A stretch of 64,000 nt of DNA from Eledone cirrhosa (Eukaryota): NCBI GenBank assembly GCA_964016885.1, contig OZ024741.1:361026001-361090000 (forward strand), in the 5' to 3' direction. Shown here piece by piece: positions 1 to 13,027 of the stretch. The notes under the pieces are model-generated. The model worked only from the letters and a program-made list of their open reading frames with translations. It searched no databases and was not told the origin of the DNA. The position numbers were made by a program, and so were the translations under genes. Each line of letters starts with the position of its first letter. Within the stretch, counting starts at the first letter, position 1.

Positions 1-468
1 TTTCACATAATATCGAATCTGAGATTTTGATATTATTTATTTTGAGAACCATGCTTTGAAGCATAGAGTTACGTCCCTTTATGATCTGAGTTCAAATCCT
101 GCCGAGGTTAGCTTTGCCTTTCATCCTTACGGGGTCGATAAAATAAAGCACCAGTAATGTACTGGGTAATTGCTGGCCTTGTGCCAAAAGTAGAAACAAT
201 TATTTATTTTGAGAACAATACCTTAACATAAGTATGAGCAGCTGGTTTGAACAGAAAGAGGTGAGAGAATTCTGGCCGGATACGGACGATTTAAATGTTC
301 CAAACATCTGCTTACTACTGGAAAAGTTAGTTATTTTACTAAATCTTGCCAAAGTTTATATTATTTTCAAAATTAATTGAAACATGGACTATATATTTAA
401 TTAGAAACATGGTATCAAAAGGGTTAACATAAATTTAGTGAGTAAAATTACTCTTCTTATTTTTTCAG

Positions 469-614
469 AAAGTTGTAGGTAATGAAAAAGAGATGGTGGA
501 ATTACCAGCAAAGCGGCCAAAAGTAGATCTTCAATGTCTACCAACAAGAGCTTATCTTGACCAAACTGTGGTTCCTATTCTACTTCAAGGAATGTCAGCA
601 TTAGCAAAAGAAAG
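469..614 (+). CDS. DPY30: Dpy-30 homolog (COMPASS/MLL H3K4 methyltransferase subunit), penultimate coding exon; upstream exons lie outside the window
   Basis: Acceptor tttttcag ends at 468, donor gtaatt at 615. Translates [48 protein letters not shown](R), the recognisable Dpy-30 motif. Phase 2 matches the next exon. Confidence 0.96.
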
Positions 615-940
615 GTAATTTATATACTACTAAAATTCTGTGATTGTTTGCTTGCTTGTCTGTAATGTAATACAGCCAAAAGGGTGCATAATGGGAAAAT
701 ACTTTGAAAGGGAGTTGACCCTGAAATACAAATACAAATGGAATAAAGCAAGTTTCACGTAAATCGGTACACGGGTTCCCGAGATATGGGGTTTTTCCGG
801 GTACCTTCATAAACAAAGAGAGAGAGAAAGAGATAGTGGTTGTGAGAGTGTAGATTGAAAGAGAAACATAGAGGGAGAGGAGATAGAGAAGGAGAATAAA
901 AGAGAGATGGTGGTTTGGTTGTGTGTGTGTGTATATATAT

Positions 941-2764
941 ATCATCATCATCATCATCACCGTTTTACGTCCGTTCTTCCATGCTAGCATGGGTTAGACG
1001 GGTTGTCCTGTTGTGGGCAGTGTCTGGTCGGCTGACCATGCCTTGCTCATACAGGAACTGATTTTGGCTTGGTTTCTACAGCTGGATGCCCTTCCTAACA
1101 CCAACCTCATTTACAGTGAGTGATGGGTCCTTTTTTCCGTGGCGCCTACACGTCCACTTTACAGTGTGAGCTGGGTGCTTTTTTGCCGTGGCACCTCCAC
1201 GACCACTTTGCAGTGGGAAGGTGTGGGAGAATATTGTCTATATGCTTCAGCTTGTACCCATGGGAGGTCAGGTACTCTTTGAGAGGTCCAATTGGGTAAG
1301 GTCGGCCCCTATCACCTCATCCCAGGTCTTCTTGGGTCTCCCCACTCCGCGGCTTCCATTGGCTTCTAGTGCTCTGCACCTTTTTATGCAGCTGTCATCC
1401 TTCATACGCATCACATGTCCATACCAACGCATCCGCCTCTCCTGCACACAGTATTTGATTCCTCTGATGCTCAGTCTCTCTCAATTCATTTATGCTTTGC
1501 CGTTCGCATATATTACTATTACACATATATCGGAGCATGCAGGCTTCGTTTCTTTCTAATCTACGTAAGTCTTCCACCTTCAGCACCCAGGTCTCACTAC
1601 CGTGTAACATTGCTGTTCGGATACATGCATCATACAGTCTGCCTTTCATTTTGAGGGAGAAGCCTTTTGCAGCTAGCAGTGGCAGTAGTTCCCTGAACTT
1701 CTTCCATCCCGTTCTTACTCTAGTTATTGTACTTTCTGAACACCCACCTCCGTTGCTAATTCGGTCACCTAGGTAGCAGAAGCTGTCTACTGTTTCTACA
1801 GAGCCCTCCCAGAGATTGGTGGTACTTGTTTCCTGTGGCTGTTTGCTGCTTGCTGTCCCAGCACAGCTGCTACATGTGAAGCCTACATTCTTAATTAAGC
1901 TTCCTGAGATCCTGCTACATCTCTTGTGTACCCATTGTTTGCATTTGGGGCAGAGAATGGAGTTCCTACCTACACCTTTCCTACATACTGAGCAAGGCCA
2001 TTTCCCTGAGGGGATCTGGGTTCTGTTTTCTCGTCTACTTACAAGGACCTTAGTCTTTGTCATGTTGACCTTGAGACCCTTTCTTTCTAGTCCCTGCTTC
2101 CAAGTTTGGAATTTCTTCTCTAGTTCTACCATAGATTCAGCTATAAGTGCGAGGTCATCTGCATACAGGAGTTCCCATGGGCATCCGGTCTTAAACTCCT
2201 CCATTATTGCCTGCAGGACTATGATGAACAGGAGAGGGCTAAGAACAGAGCCCTGGTGGACACCAACCTGTACGCTAAATTCCTCGTTATACTCATTGCT
2301 AATCCTAACTTTGCTGACTGCTCCCCTATACATGGCTTGTACAGCTTTCACAAGCCATTGATCTACTCCTTGTTTTTTAAGAGCCCACCAGATTATAGCA
2401 CGTGGAACTCTGTCAAAGGCGTTCTCGAGATCGACGAATGCCAGGTAGAGTGGCTTACTTTTAGCTAGGTACTTTTCCTGTAACTGCCTCAAGGAAGAAG
2501 GCATCAGTGGTGCCTCTTCCTGGTACAAACCCACATTGCATCTCATCTAGTTTCACCCAGTCCCTAATCAACTGTGCTATAACTCTTTCTGTTACTTTCA
2601 TGACCTGGTCCATCAGCTTTATACCTCTATAGTTTCCTCTATCGAGTGCATCACCCACCTTTACCTTTGTAGCAGTTAACAATGATGCTACTGCACCAAT
2701 CTTTTGGTATGACACCTTCTAGTATTACCTGGTTAACAATACGTGTGGTTATAGTGTGACCTAC
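941..2764 (-). mobile_element. RTE-type LINE subfamily A, 5'-truncated and frameshifted
   Basis: ORFs 1395-2546 and 2461-2715 with QGSVLSP and YADD RT motifs. About 400-bp 3' UTR ending in a stem-loop and (GAT)n tail next to (TA)n. Confidence 0.95.
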
Positions 2765-2876
2765 AATATATATATTTGTGTCTCTGACCAGTTTCATTTC
2801 AAATTATATACATGTCTATGTATATTTTAATTATTTTTAAGTGACCATGATTTAAAAAAAATATTTTGAAGTGAAT

Positions 2877-2904
2877 GTGACCTAACGAGTCACGGGTGGT
2901 CTAG
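2877..2904 (+). mobile_element. Helitron-type 3' terminus
   Basis: Hairpin GTGAC-CTAACGA-GTCAC, 7-nt spacer, CTAG followed by T. Confidence 0.65.
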
Positions 2905-2966
2905 TATATAATATTCTTTTACATGTGGCCATGGTGGGATTTACTAAGATAATATAATATAATATA

Positions 2967-3050
2967 CTAGCGGGACCTGTGGAAATTTCACTGACGAAAA
3001 AATTAAGAGGGGCTATTTAAAAAAAAAAAGGATGATTTGCGTTTCTATTG
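2967..3050 (-). mobile_element. Helitron-type 3' terminus (minus strand)
   Basis: Minus strand reads CAGTG-AAATTTC-CACAG-GTCCCG-CTAG-T: imperfect hairpin plus CTAG|T. Confidence 0.55.
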
Positions 3051-5069
3051 CATCATCATCATCATCATCACCGTTTCACGTCCGTTCTTCCACGCTAGCA
3101 TGGGTTAGACGGGTTGTCCTGTTGTGGGCAGTGTCTGGTCGGCTGACCATGCCTTGCTCATACAGGAACTGATCTGGCTTGATTTCTACAGCTGGATGCC
3201 CTTCCTAACACCAACCTCATTTACAGTGAGTGCTGGGTGCTTTTTCGTGGCGCCTACACGTCCACTTTACAGTGTGGGCTGGGTGCTTTTTTGCCGTGGC
3301 ACCTCCACGACCACCTTGCGGTGGGGGGGGGGGCATATTGTTTATATGCTTCAGCATGTACCCATGGGAGGTCGGGTACCCTGTATTACTGCGTGACGCC
3401 AGAAGTCACGGTCGTGTGTCATTGACTTTGAGAGGTGTAGTTGGGTAAGGTCGGCTTTTATCACCTCATCCCAAGTCATCTTGGGTCTCCCCACTCCGCG
3501 GTTTCCATCAACTTCTAGTGCTCTGCACCTTTTTATGCAGCTGTCATCCTTCATACGCATCACATGTCCATACCAGCGTAACCGCCTCTCCTGCACGCAG
3601 CATTTGATTCCTCTTATGCTCAGTCTCTCTCTCAATTCATTTATGCTTTGTCGTTCACGTATATTACTGTTACACATCCATCGGAGCATGCAGGCTTCGT
3701 TTCTCTCTAATCTACGTAAGTCTTCCACCTTCAGCGCCCAGGTCTCACTACCATGCAACATCGCTGTTCGGATACACGCATCATACAGTCTGCCTTTCAT
3801 TCTGAGGGAGAAGCCTTTTGCAGCTAGCAGTGGTAGTAGTTCCCTAAACTTCTTCCATCCCGTTCTTACCCTAGTTATTGTACTTTCTGAGCACCCACCT
3901 CCGTTGCTAATTCGGTCACCTAGGTAGCAGAAGCTGTCTACTGTTTCTACAGGGCCCTCCCAGAGATTGGTGGTACTTGTTTCCTGTGGCTGTTTGCTTG
4001 CTGTTTCAGCACAGCTGCTGCATGTGAATCCTACATTCTTAATTAAGCTTCCTGAGATCCCGCTACATCTCTTGTGTACCCATTGTTTGCATTTGGGGCA
4101 AAGAATGGAGTTCCTACCTACACCTTTCCTACATACTGAGCAAGGCCATTTCCCTGAGGGGATCTGGGTTCTGTTTTCTCGTCTACTTATAAGGACCTTA
4201 GTCTTTGTCATGTTGACTTTGAGGCCCTTTCTCTCTAGTCCCTGCTTCCAGGTTTGGAATTTATTCTCTAGTTCTACCATAGATTCAGCTATGAGTGCGA
4301 GGTCATCAGCATACAGGAGTTCCCATGGGCATCCGGTCTTAAACTCCTCCGTTATTGCCTGCAGGACTATGATGAACAGGAGAGGGCTAAGAACAGAGCC
4401 CTGGTGGACCCCAACCTGTACGCTAAATTCCTCGCTATACTCATTGCCAATCCTAACTTTGCTGACTGCTCCCCTATACATAGCTTGTACCGCTTTCACA
4501 AGCCATTCATCTACTCCTAGTTTTCTAAGAGCCCACCAGATTACTGCACGTGGAACTCTGTCAAAGGCTTTCTCAAGGTCGACAAATGCCAAGTAGAGTG
4601 GCTTACTTTTAGCTAGGTACTTTTCCTGTAATTGCCTCACAAGGAAGAGCGCATCAGTGGTGCCTTTCCCTGGAACAAACCCAAATTGCATCTCGTCTAT
4701 ATTCACCCGGTCCCTAATCAGCTGTGCTATAACTCTTTCTGTTACTTTCATGACCTGGTCCATCAACTTTATACCTCTATAGTTTCCTCTATCTAGTGCA
4801 TCGCCTTTACCTTTGTAGCAGTTGACAATGATGCTACTGCACCAATCTTTTGGTATGGCCCCCTCTAGTATTACCTGGTTAACGATACGTGTGGTTATAG
4901 TGTGACCTACAGACCCAGATGCCTTCAGCATCTCGGCAGCTATACCCGATGGACCGGTTGCCTTCCCTATCTTCATATCTCTGATTGCCTTACTTACTAC
5001 GCTGCCGCTGACTTGTACTGCTGGTCCCTCTATAGGGTCTACGTGGGGTAGGGTCTCTTCTTCCCATGT
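3051..5069 (-). mobile_element. RTE-type LINE subfamily A, 5'-truncated, uninterrupted RT ORF (young copy)
   Basis: ORF 3351-5129 is open over about 575 element-derived aa: full RT domain, internal C4HC3 finger, RTE C-terminus (LRWYGHVMR, GRPKMTW). (GAT)n tail. Confidence 0.97.
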
Positions 5070-5235
5070 TGCTTGTGCAATAAATGATACATAGATATAC
5101 AATAACATAATTGTTTCTAGTTTTGGCACAAGGCCAGCAAGTTACCCAGTGTATTACTGGTATTTTATTTTATCGACCCTCCTAAGGATGAAAGGCAAAG
5201 TTAACCTCGGCGAGATTTGAACAATAACATAATGT

Positions 5236-6937
5236 CATTATGAGAGAGTGGTGAATGTTGAGAATGAATGGGAGAGAGAGGAACTACCCCAGGTAGACCC
5301 AACAGAGGGACCAGCTATTGAGATTTGAGGACTATAGGGTCCAAGAGGCAATTAAGGAAATGAGAAGTGGTAAGGCCGTTGGACCGTCGGGGATAGTTGC
5401 TGAGATGCTGAAGGCAACAGGAGAAGTAGAAACTAAACTGGTTGCATGCATCATCAACCAAGCTATATATGGCGGAGTCATACCCAAAGACTGGTGCAGC
5501 AGTATCCTTATAAATTGCTATAAAGGTAAAGGGGATGCTCTGGAGAAGAGCAATTATAGAGGCATAAAACTGATGGATCAGGTTATGAAAGCGTCAGAAA
5601 GAATACTAGCACAACTAATTAAAGAAAGGGTCAAATTAGATGAGAGCAGTTTGGTTTTGTGCCATGGAAAAGTACAACAGATGCCCTCTTCTTAGTGAGA
5701 CAACTACAAGAGAGGTTCTTAGAGAATAATATTGTTGATCTAGAGAAGGCCTTTGATAGAGTACCTCTATCTATCATCTGGTGATCCCTAAAGAAACTAG
5801 GTGTAGAGGAATGGCTTCTAAGGACAGTGCAAGCTATGTACAGAGGTGCTGTCAGTAAAGTGAGAGTAGGAATGGAGTTTAGTGAAGAATTCCATATACA
5901 AGTTGGAGTACATCAGGGTTCAGTCCTCAGCCCGCTCTTGTTCATTATAGTCCTCCAAGCCATAACAGAGGAGTTTAAGACTGGATGCCCATGGGAACTT
6001 CTCTATGCTGACAATCTGGTACTTATAGCAGAATCAGTAGAGGAGCTAGAGAATAAATTTTGGCTATGGAAACAGCAGTTGGAATGAAGAGGACTGAGAG
6101 TGAACCTAGCTAAGACAAAGGTGTTGATAAGTAGCAAAGAGGACAAAACTCTGATTCCATCAGGGAAATGGTTATGTTCACTATGTAGGAAAGGAGTTGG
6201 CATAAATTCTATAAAATGTACACAATGCAAATCTTGGGTACACAAGATGTAGTGGGATAGCAAGCAAGCTAAAAGGTAGGGAAAACTATGTATGAAGTAG
6301 ATGTACAGGGAAATTTGACACTAGAAGTTGCAGTGATACACATTTTTCAAATGCGAGTAGTACTTATAGAGGTGGTTGATAGCTTCCAATACCTAGGTGA
6401 TCAGATTAGTAAGGGAGGGGGATGCTCCGAGGCCATAGTGTCCAGAATAAGGATGGGTTGGAAGAAGTTTAGGAACTGCTTCCTCTGTTGACAAAGAAGG
6501 GTTTCTTCCTACAAACGAAAGGCCGGTTATGTGAGATATGGGCAGCAACTGTGGGAGATATGTGACGGCTGGAGAGAAATGAAGCAAGCATGCTCCGTTG
6601 GATGTGCAATGTCAATGTATGTGAACGACCAAGCATAGACGAGTTGAGAGAGAAACGGTATAAGAGGGATAGGCTGTAGTGTGCGGGAGAAGACTGCATT
6701 GGTATGGACATGTGATGCGCATGGAAGATGACCGTTGGGTAAAAAAGTGCCAAGAAATCCCAGTAGAAGGAAGACCACGAAAAACATGGGCGGAGGTGGA
6801 GAGAGCAGACCTCAGATTGCTGAAGCTCACGGAGGAGAGGACAAAGGACCATGACGAATGGAGAGATGCCATGCTTAATAAGACCTGTCCCACTCTTGCA
6901 AGCAGGGAAAAATGGACATAAGATGATGATGATGATA
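5236..6937 (+). mobile_element. RTE-type LINE subfamily C, 5'-truncated and decayed
   Basis: Fragmented RT ORFs 5318-5695, 5827-6087 and 6679-6921. The ORF ends at the terminal stem-loop and (GAT)n tail, with no long 3' UTR. Confidence 0.93.
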
Positions 6938-7109
6938 ATACTTAATACACGTCATTCATTAGTATTGAAAATGCATAGTTACATATTCTTCATTACGCAA
7001 TATTTTATTAGAATTACTTTACATTATATACAAATGCAAAATGATTAGAGAATATACACAATCTTTTTATTTACTTGATTAGTTTCAATTCTATTGCAAC
7101 ATGTAACTT

Positions 7110-10050
7110 GGCTCAGAATTATCTTAATATCTGTTTGTATACAATGTTGTCACAATTTTATTACCTCACCTGCTTATTAGTGTTTAATACTTTAATTTTT
7201 ACATCTGTGAACTCTTGAAGGAACAGACCCACTTTGTTGTATGTGTGATTCTGATTCTTGTTGATTGTCATAGCATACAACAGTCTTAATGGAAACTGGG
7301 TTCTTTCCAAAGTAAAAGGGATGTTGGGATCAAAACAAACCTGCCCATCAAAGGATTATTGATATAAGAAACTTTGATAAAATGTTGATTCAGTCCCACT
7401 ACTTCTATTCTTGTCATTGCATTATCCATTCTGTATTGAAATATTCCGTAGCATCATCATTATTGATCCTTCTTTTAATTGGAGTTTCTGAGGCAGCATC
7501 CCGCGGTGTAAGCGAATTCAGAAATTCAGTAGAATATCTGTCCGCCTCTGTAGGCTCATCAGCGATCAGTCTATTTGTACTGTAATAAGTATGGCTGTTA
7601 CCAGGGAGTTGTCTGAGAACCTCAGCATTCTTGGGAGATAAAATTACTCATTCTTTTCTTTTGTTGCGTTGTATTGCTGAAAATGTGTTTTACTAAAGAG
7701 TCATTTACACATGAGAATGGAGGCACTTCAGCATCATCTTCATTCATATAGAGTCCTTCAATTGAAGGTGTTGTTCCATTACCAAGATGTAGCAACCTTT
7801 TCACAAACTCTCTGATGTTATTACTTAATCTAAAATGCTGAAAGAAGTGCCACATATGGGAGTTTTTAAGGCATATTTCTAATGTGGCTTCACAGGTACT
7901 CCTTGGTAATATTGGCAGCAGTTGCCTAAAGTCACCTCCCAAAAGCAAAATCTTTCCTTCAAACACTTCTTTGACACCAGTGATGTCTTGAAGGCACAGT
8001 ATTACGAGATCCAGGTTTGAATAAATTGCACACAGTTCTACCTCCCAGCAGCAGTGTAGATGCTATGCCGGTCCAAGCACCACAACATACCTGATAGTTA
8101 TTCATCTGAAGGTGAAAAATCAGTGTATTGAACAGGTATGTTTTGCCACACCCTACAGGTGCATCTGCATAGAAGCAGGTGTGTGCAGGCCTTTCGCCTT
8201 TTCTTCTCTGTTGAACAGCATTAATTATAGCATCAGCAATCATTTGTTGCTTTTCAGTAAGAGAATTAATATCAGGGTGGTTGATATCAACTTGAGGATC
8301 AGATTGAAGCATCTCAATGAACTGAGGTAGACCCAGTCTTGTGCAGTTGGTACCATTTTCAATCAAAATTGCGTTAATGTAACTATGTGCCATATTTTCA
8401 GCTTGCTGGCCATCCATTCCTTGAATCAAATAGTCCTCAATCATTGACTCCTTATGAGAGTTTCATAATTGCAGTGTTTTGGCTAGCATAGAATAAACAC
8501 ACAGAGCAGCAAACATCGAGTTGTGTTGAGATGTGGTGGGTAGCAGCTTCCTGCAGATCTCGGCTTAATTAATCATCATTTTCAATAAGACCAAGTCTCA
8601 AGCAGGCTTCTTTGAAGGTTGGAAATGTTTCTCCCTCCACTGTTCATAGTTCTTCTAAACTCTTAGTGCCTGGCACGTGAAGTAGCAATACTCTTAAATA
8701 ACATTTTTCAACAACTCTGGGGCTGACTGTGTATATTCTACTAATGATATTATTGTTCCTTCTTCTTGGAATCCATTTTCTGTTGGTTTCATTGAACACT
8801 TAATGTTCTGGAATTTCTGGATATAGGTATTTGCTTGCATTTTTGTCTTCTTCATTTAGCATGAACCAGGCAGTAAGGGTTGTGTCTCAGTGTCTCTGCA
8901 TTTCTATCACGACCTGAGTATTGCCTCTTTGAAAGTAAACTGTTTGTTCTTCAGGTGTACGGCTAGCCTGTACACTGTATGCGATGTACCATGAAGCTTT
9001 AATTCAGAGAGACACTACACTGCTTCTGGTGGAGACACATACCGGCAATCAAGATAGTTTCTTATTTCATCATGGTTGTGTTGGTTCTGAGCATCATTAG
9101 GTAATGCATTATTCGTTACTTCTATAGACACTCAATCAGGCCCCTTGTAAACACATTTAAAGAGGTACTTGACACTTTTTAGAGAAGAGAAAACTTCAAC
9201 ATTAATATGCTGGCCATATTGTGGTATATTTTCTGCAGGGTTCAGAGGTGTGGTATTGTGGTATGTTTCACCCTGAATGCAAAAGCAATACTGGCCTCTG
9301 CCATGTGGTAAGGCAAGTTTAACATCAAATGAAGCGAAAGAAAATGCTCAGTTGTAATTGCAGATGTTCCTGTGAAATGCAACTGCTTTCTGACCTTCAA
9401 AGAGATTTCTCAGACTCTCAGGGTATATTTGCAATGGAGGCAGCACAACGTTTCCCTTATTACAACAGTTATAATTTTCATTTTTTAATTTCAAAGCTCC
9501 ACAATGATTGCATAAAACATTTATATCATCAGTATGAAATTCTTTTACATTAATATTAATTAGTGGGCACTTTCTCCTAAGGCGTTCATTATGTATGCAA
9601 TTCTGTCTGAAATTGAACAGTTCTTCAGCATTCATGTTTTCTATTCTATGTTTATACGCATCTCTCTGCTGTTCACGATACTGCGCTCGATCATTCTTAT
9701 GCATGTGATCTCTCCTTTCTTGTTGCCGAAACCAATCATGCTGTAAATGTAATGCATGTTATTCTTGGACCATATTATCTCTTCTTTCTTGTTGTCTGAG
9801 TCTTTGTTTCTCCAGATATTCTTGATGTTTATCTTGAAACATATCTCTTCTATTTTATTTTCTTAGTCTACCTTGTTCTAAAACGACATGCTTCAGTTCT
9901 TCATTCATTTCCTCACACGTCTGTTGTTGTCGCCTTTTTCTTTCTATTATTTCTTCTCGCTGTTCCTATCTGATCCATGCTCTAAATCTGTGCATCCTTT
10001 CTCAAGCAGCTTGCATCCGTCTTTCTTGGCATAGAAAGAATAAATCCATT
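7110..10050 (-). mobile_element. Decayed autonomous Helitron (RepHel pseudogene)
   Basis: PIF1-like helicase motifs DAPVGCGKTYLFN, AWTGIASTLLLGGRT, FEGKILLLGGDFRQLLPI and TQFPLRLLYAMTINK. N-terminal CNHCGALK...CCNKGNVVLP zinc finger. Rep C-terminal remnants around 9000-9210. Many stops and an internal deletion. Confidence 0.93.
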
Positions 10051-10414
10051 TTATTTATTGTGCGCAAGTAACAAATGTTTCTAATAAATTTCTTAATATA
10101 GATATATTAGGCACATGTATGAACTGGTAAATGTGTACATTTATATGTATATATACTAACACATGTATATACACTAACACAAACACATTCACACAGCGTT
10201 TCACCACCCCTCCCTTCCTCAGTCATCACATAGGTACATACACAGCATTGCATTTTAGGATTCATTACAATTTTGTATGTGTATATGTATACATTTATTT
10301 GTATGAGTATATAAATGTAAACGTGCAAACACATACTAACACACACACAGAGATACTTTTACACAGCATTCCCCCTCTCTTTTCTCATTTGTCACATAGA
10401 TGTAATAATCATTA

Positions 10415-11401
10415 TCTATAAAAGGCAGATTGTTGTTGTGTGTGTGTGTGTGCATGTTCCATGATTATATATTTGCACAATTTCAAACCGATTCGACTCA
10501 AAGTCTGTAAGAATGTTGTATATGGTCTAACTTAGGTCAACGACTATTTATTTCATTCAAACTCACCCACAATTACGGAAATAATCGACAAAACTAAATT
10601 CATGACGCTTTACCCCTCTAATACAAGCATATTCCTCTCTCTACTCCCCTTAAAATTCGATAAAACTACATACATGCTGCAACTTTCTCTTATATACAAT
10701 TAAACTTACAAACTTTAAGAGAGAGAGAGAATGTTTGTTTTTGAGTGTGGAATGGTCAAACATTTATTTACTTCAATGACAAAGAGAACTTATTACATTT
10801 CATACAAAACAACAATTATTCAAAAGCAACAGATAAATTTATTCAACAACAAAAATAGCGATAAATCTTTTTTAAAACATCTATCAACGAACGTGGAAGA
10901 AAGAAGTATCAGTTCATTTACTATACACAATAATATCCTCTATGAGGTCACTAAACCTGCTAGAAACAGCAGCTAACTCTCCCCCATATCACACCACTCC
11001 CTACTGTCTTAAATTTAGAAAACATATCCTCTATGAGGTCACTAAACCTGCTAGAAACAGCAGCTAACTCTCCCCCATATCACACCCTCCCTACTGTCTT
11101 AAATTTAGAAAACACACATTAGACAACCATGCAGAACAACTCCATCGCAGCTGTTGTTTGGCTGGCATCGTCTACGTGCGTCTTGCGCAAGTACTGTGAA
11201 ACAATAAATTTCAACACTTCTTTGCACAGAGATAATATCCATAGGCGAAACTACAATTGTCACTGATGGCGCAGCTCTTGCTTCGGCAGTCCAGGTCTGC
11301 AATTCATTCACCCAGTGCCTGGCAGACAAAAAAGTGCTGCCATAAAATGGGTGGTGCAACCTAACTTTGGTAACTTACTGACCGCCGGGCTTTAATGCTA
11401 G
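10415..11401 (+). mobile_element. Non-autonomous Helitron
   Basis: a|TCTATAAAAGGCAGAT start followed by (GT)n, ends ...CCGGGCTTTAATGCTAG|t. A/T target with no TSD. Internal tandem duplication of about 90 bp at 10934-11115. Confidence 0.7.
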
Positions 11402-12878
11402 TTATTTATATGTATGTGTAGGTTATGTGTGTGTGTGTTTGCCTCTTGTCTGTGTGTCTATGTATTTAGGTATAGATGTGTGAACATGTAACTTACTAAG
11501 GTGTAGCGTACGAAATACAAGGAGAATTATATGATGATTCTTATAAAAAATTATATTGGAAGATTTTTAAATTTAAATAGGAACCCTATAAAATGGGTGG
11601 CTTTGTTTCATATAATCAGCTGGTTTTAGCTGCGAAGAGTGGAAAATGGATGTTAAATGATGGTGGTATGGATAGGGTTAAGAGTGACTAGCATGTTCCC
11701 TACTTCACTTGATATTTTCAGCTTCTCAGCCACCATACTTAATGATACAGCTACTTTCTTTGTCTTCATATCCTTAATCATACTTTCGATCATATAACTG
11801 TCAACCTTTCTAGCTGGTTCTTCTCTTAGGTTTACTTGGTGTAATCCCTCCTTTTCTCATGCATTCACCACATTCATCAATTTGACCTAGTAACATTTTA
11901 AAGCCTCTTTCTTAGCATCAATGCCAGTAAATGTGATGCTGTCATTCCAAACTCACTTTTCCCAACGTTGTTCTTTATTCACTCTAACACCTTACCTTGC
12001 AATCATAAACACCTGATTCAACTATAACTGTTAACTGAAAAATGAACTAAGGGAAATAACGCAAGTGAGCCAATGTCATGAATTTAGATAATACCTAATG
12101 CGTGTAAAGATATATTTTCGTGAAATTGGTTTTTCATTTGTTGAAATTATCTCCCCTAACAATTAGCACTAATTTTTGGTTTTCTTACTCCAAGTAAGGT
12201 TCATCATTGCCATCGTTTTTATGTCAGTTTTTTCTTGCTCACATGGCTTAGATACATCCTCTCCAGTAAAGTTTCTCATTACATTTCTTTCTTTTGTCAT
12301 CTTTTGTGAGACTCAGTTTCTTGAGATCAGCTTTCACCACCTTTGCATGCATCTTTCTTGGTCTTCTGCTTCCATGGTTTCTTTCCACAGGCACCTCTTA
12401 ACCACTTAATCCACTATACCCACTTCCATACACCTCACACTCCTACAGTACTCTTACACTGTAAAGTTATGTTGGTATCTCAAAAACATCCAGCCCACAG
12501 TATAAAGTATTCATGTAGGTTTCACGACAAAAAAGCACCCGGCCCACACTGTAAATGTGGTTGGCATTAGGAAGGACATTCAGCCATTGAAATCTAGCTA
12601 GAAACAGTCCTATATGAGCAAGACACACTCACCTGACCCAACTTGCCTCTAATGGGATAACCCATCTAACTTATGCAAGCATGGAGAAAAGATGTTAAAC
12701 AATGATGATGATGCATTAGATGTCTGTACCAACACAATCTTCTCTTCTGCATGCTACATCTGATTCCTCTTTTACAAGATTTTAATTGAGAATTGATTGC
12801 ATTTGTCATTCAATACATTCTCTTACATGAAATAATGTTTACTTGTTGCTGAAAGATTTATTCCATTCTATTTTGTAG

Positions 12879-12945
12879 GCCTCCGAATCCCATTGAATAT
12901 CTTGCAGCATATTTACTGAAGAACAAGAGTCAGTTTGAGAATTAA
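12879..12945 (+). CDS. DPY30: DPY30 last coding exon
   Basis: Acceptor ttttgtag at 12871-12878. (R)[21 protein letters not shown]-stop completes the Dpy-30 domain in the correct phase. Confidence 0.96.
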
Positions 12946-13021
12946 TGTATATTGTGGTGCCATTATGTGACTTTACAATCTGTACATAGTTGTGTATATC
13001 TTATTCATGCAAGTGTATTTA

Positions 13022-13027
13022 AATAAA
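13022..13027 (+). promoter_or_regulatory. Candidate DPY30 polyadenylation signal
   Basis: AATAAA about 77 nt after the stop codon, followed by T-rich sequence. Confidence 0.5.

Noticed and set aside
1816-4596. Long plus-strand ORFs antisense to the RT (1816-2361, 3481-3927, 3967-4596)
   Set aside because: Shadow frames of the RTE coding sequence, with no independent motif.
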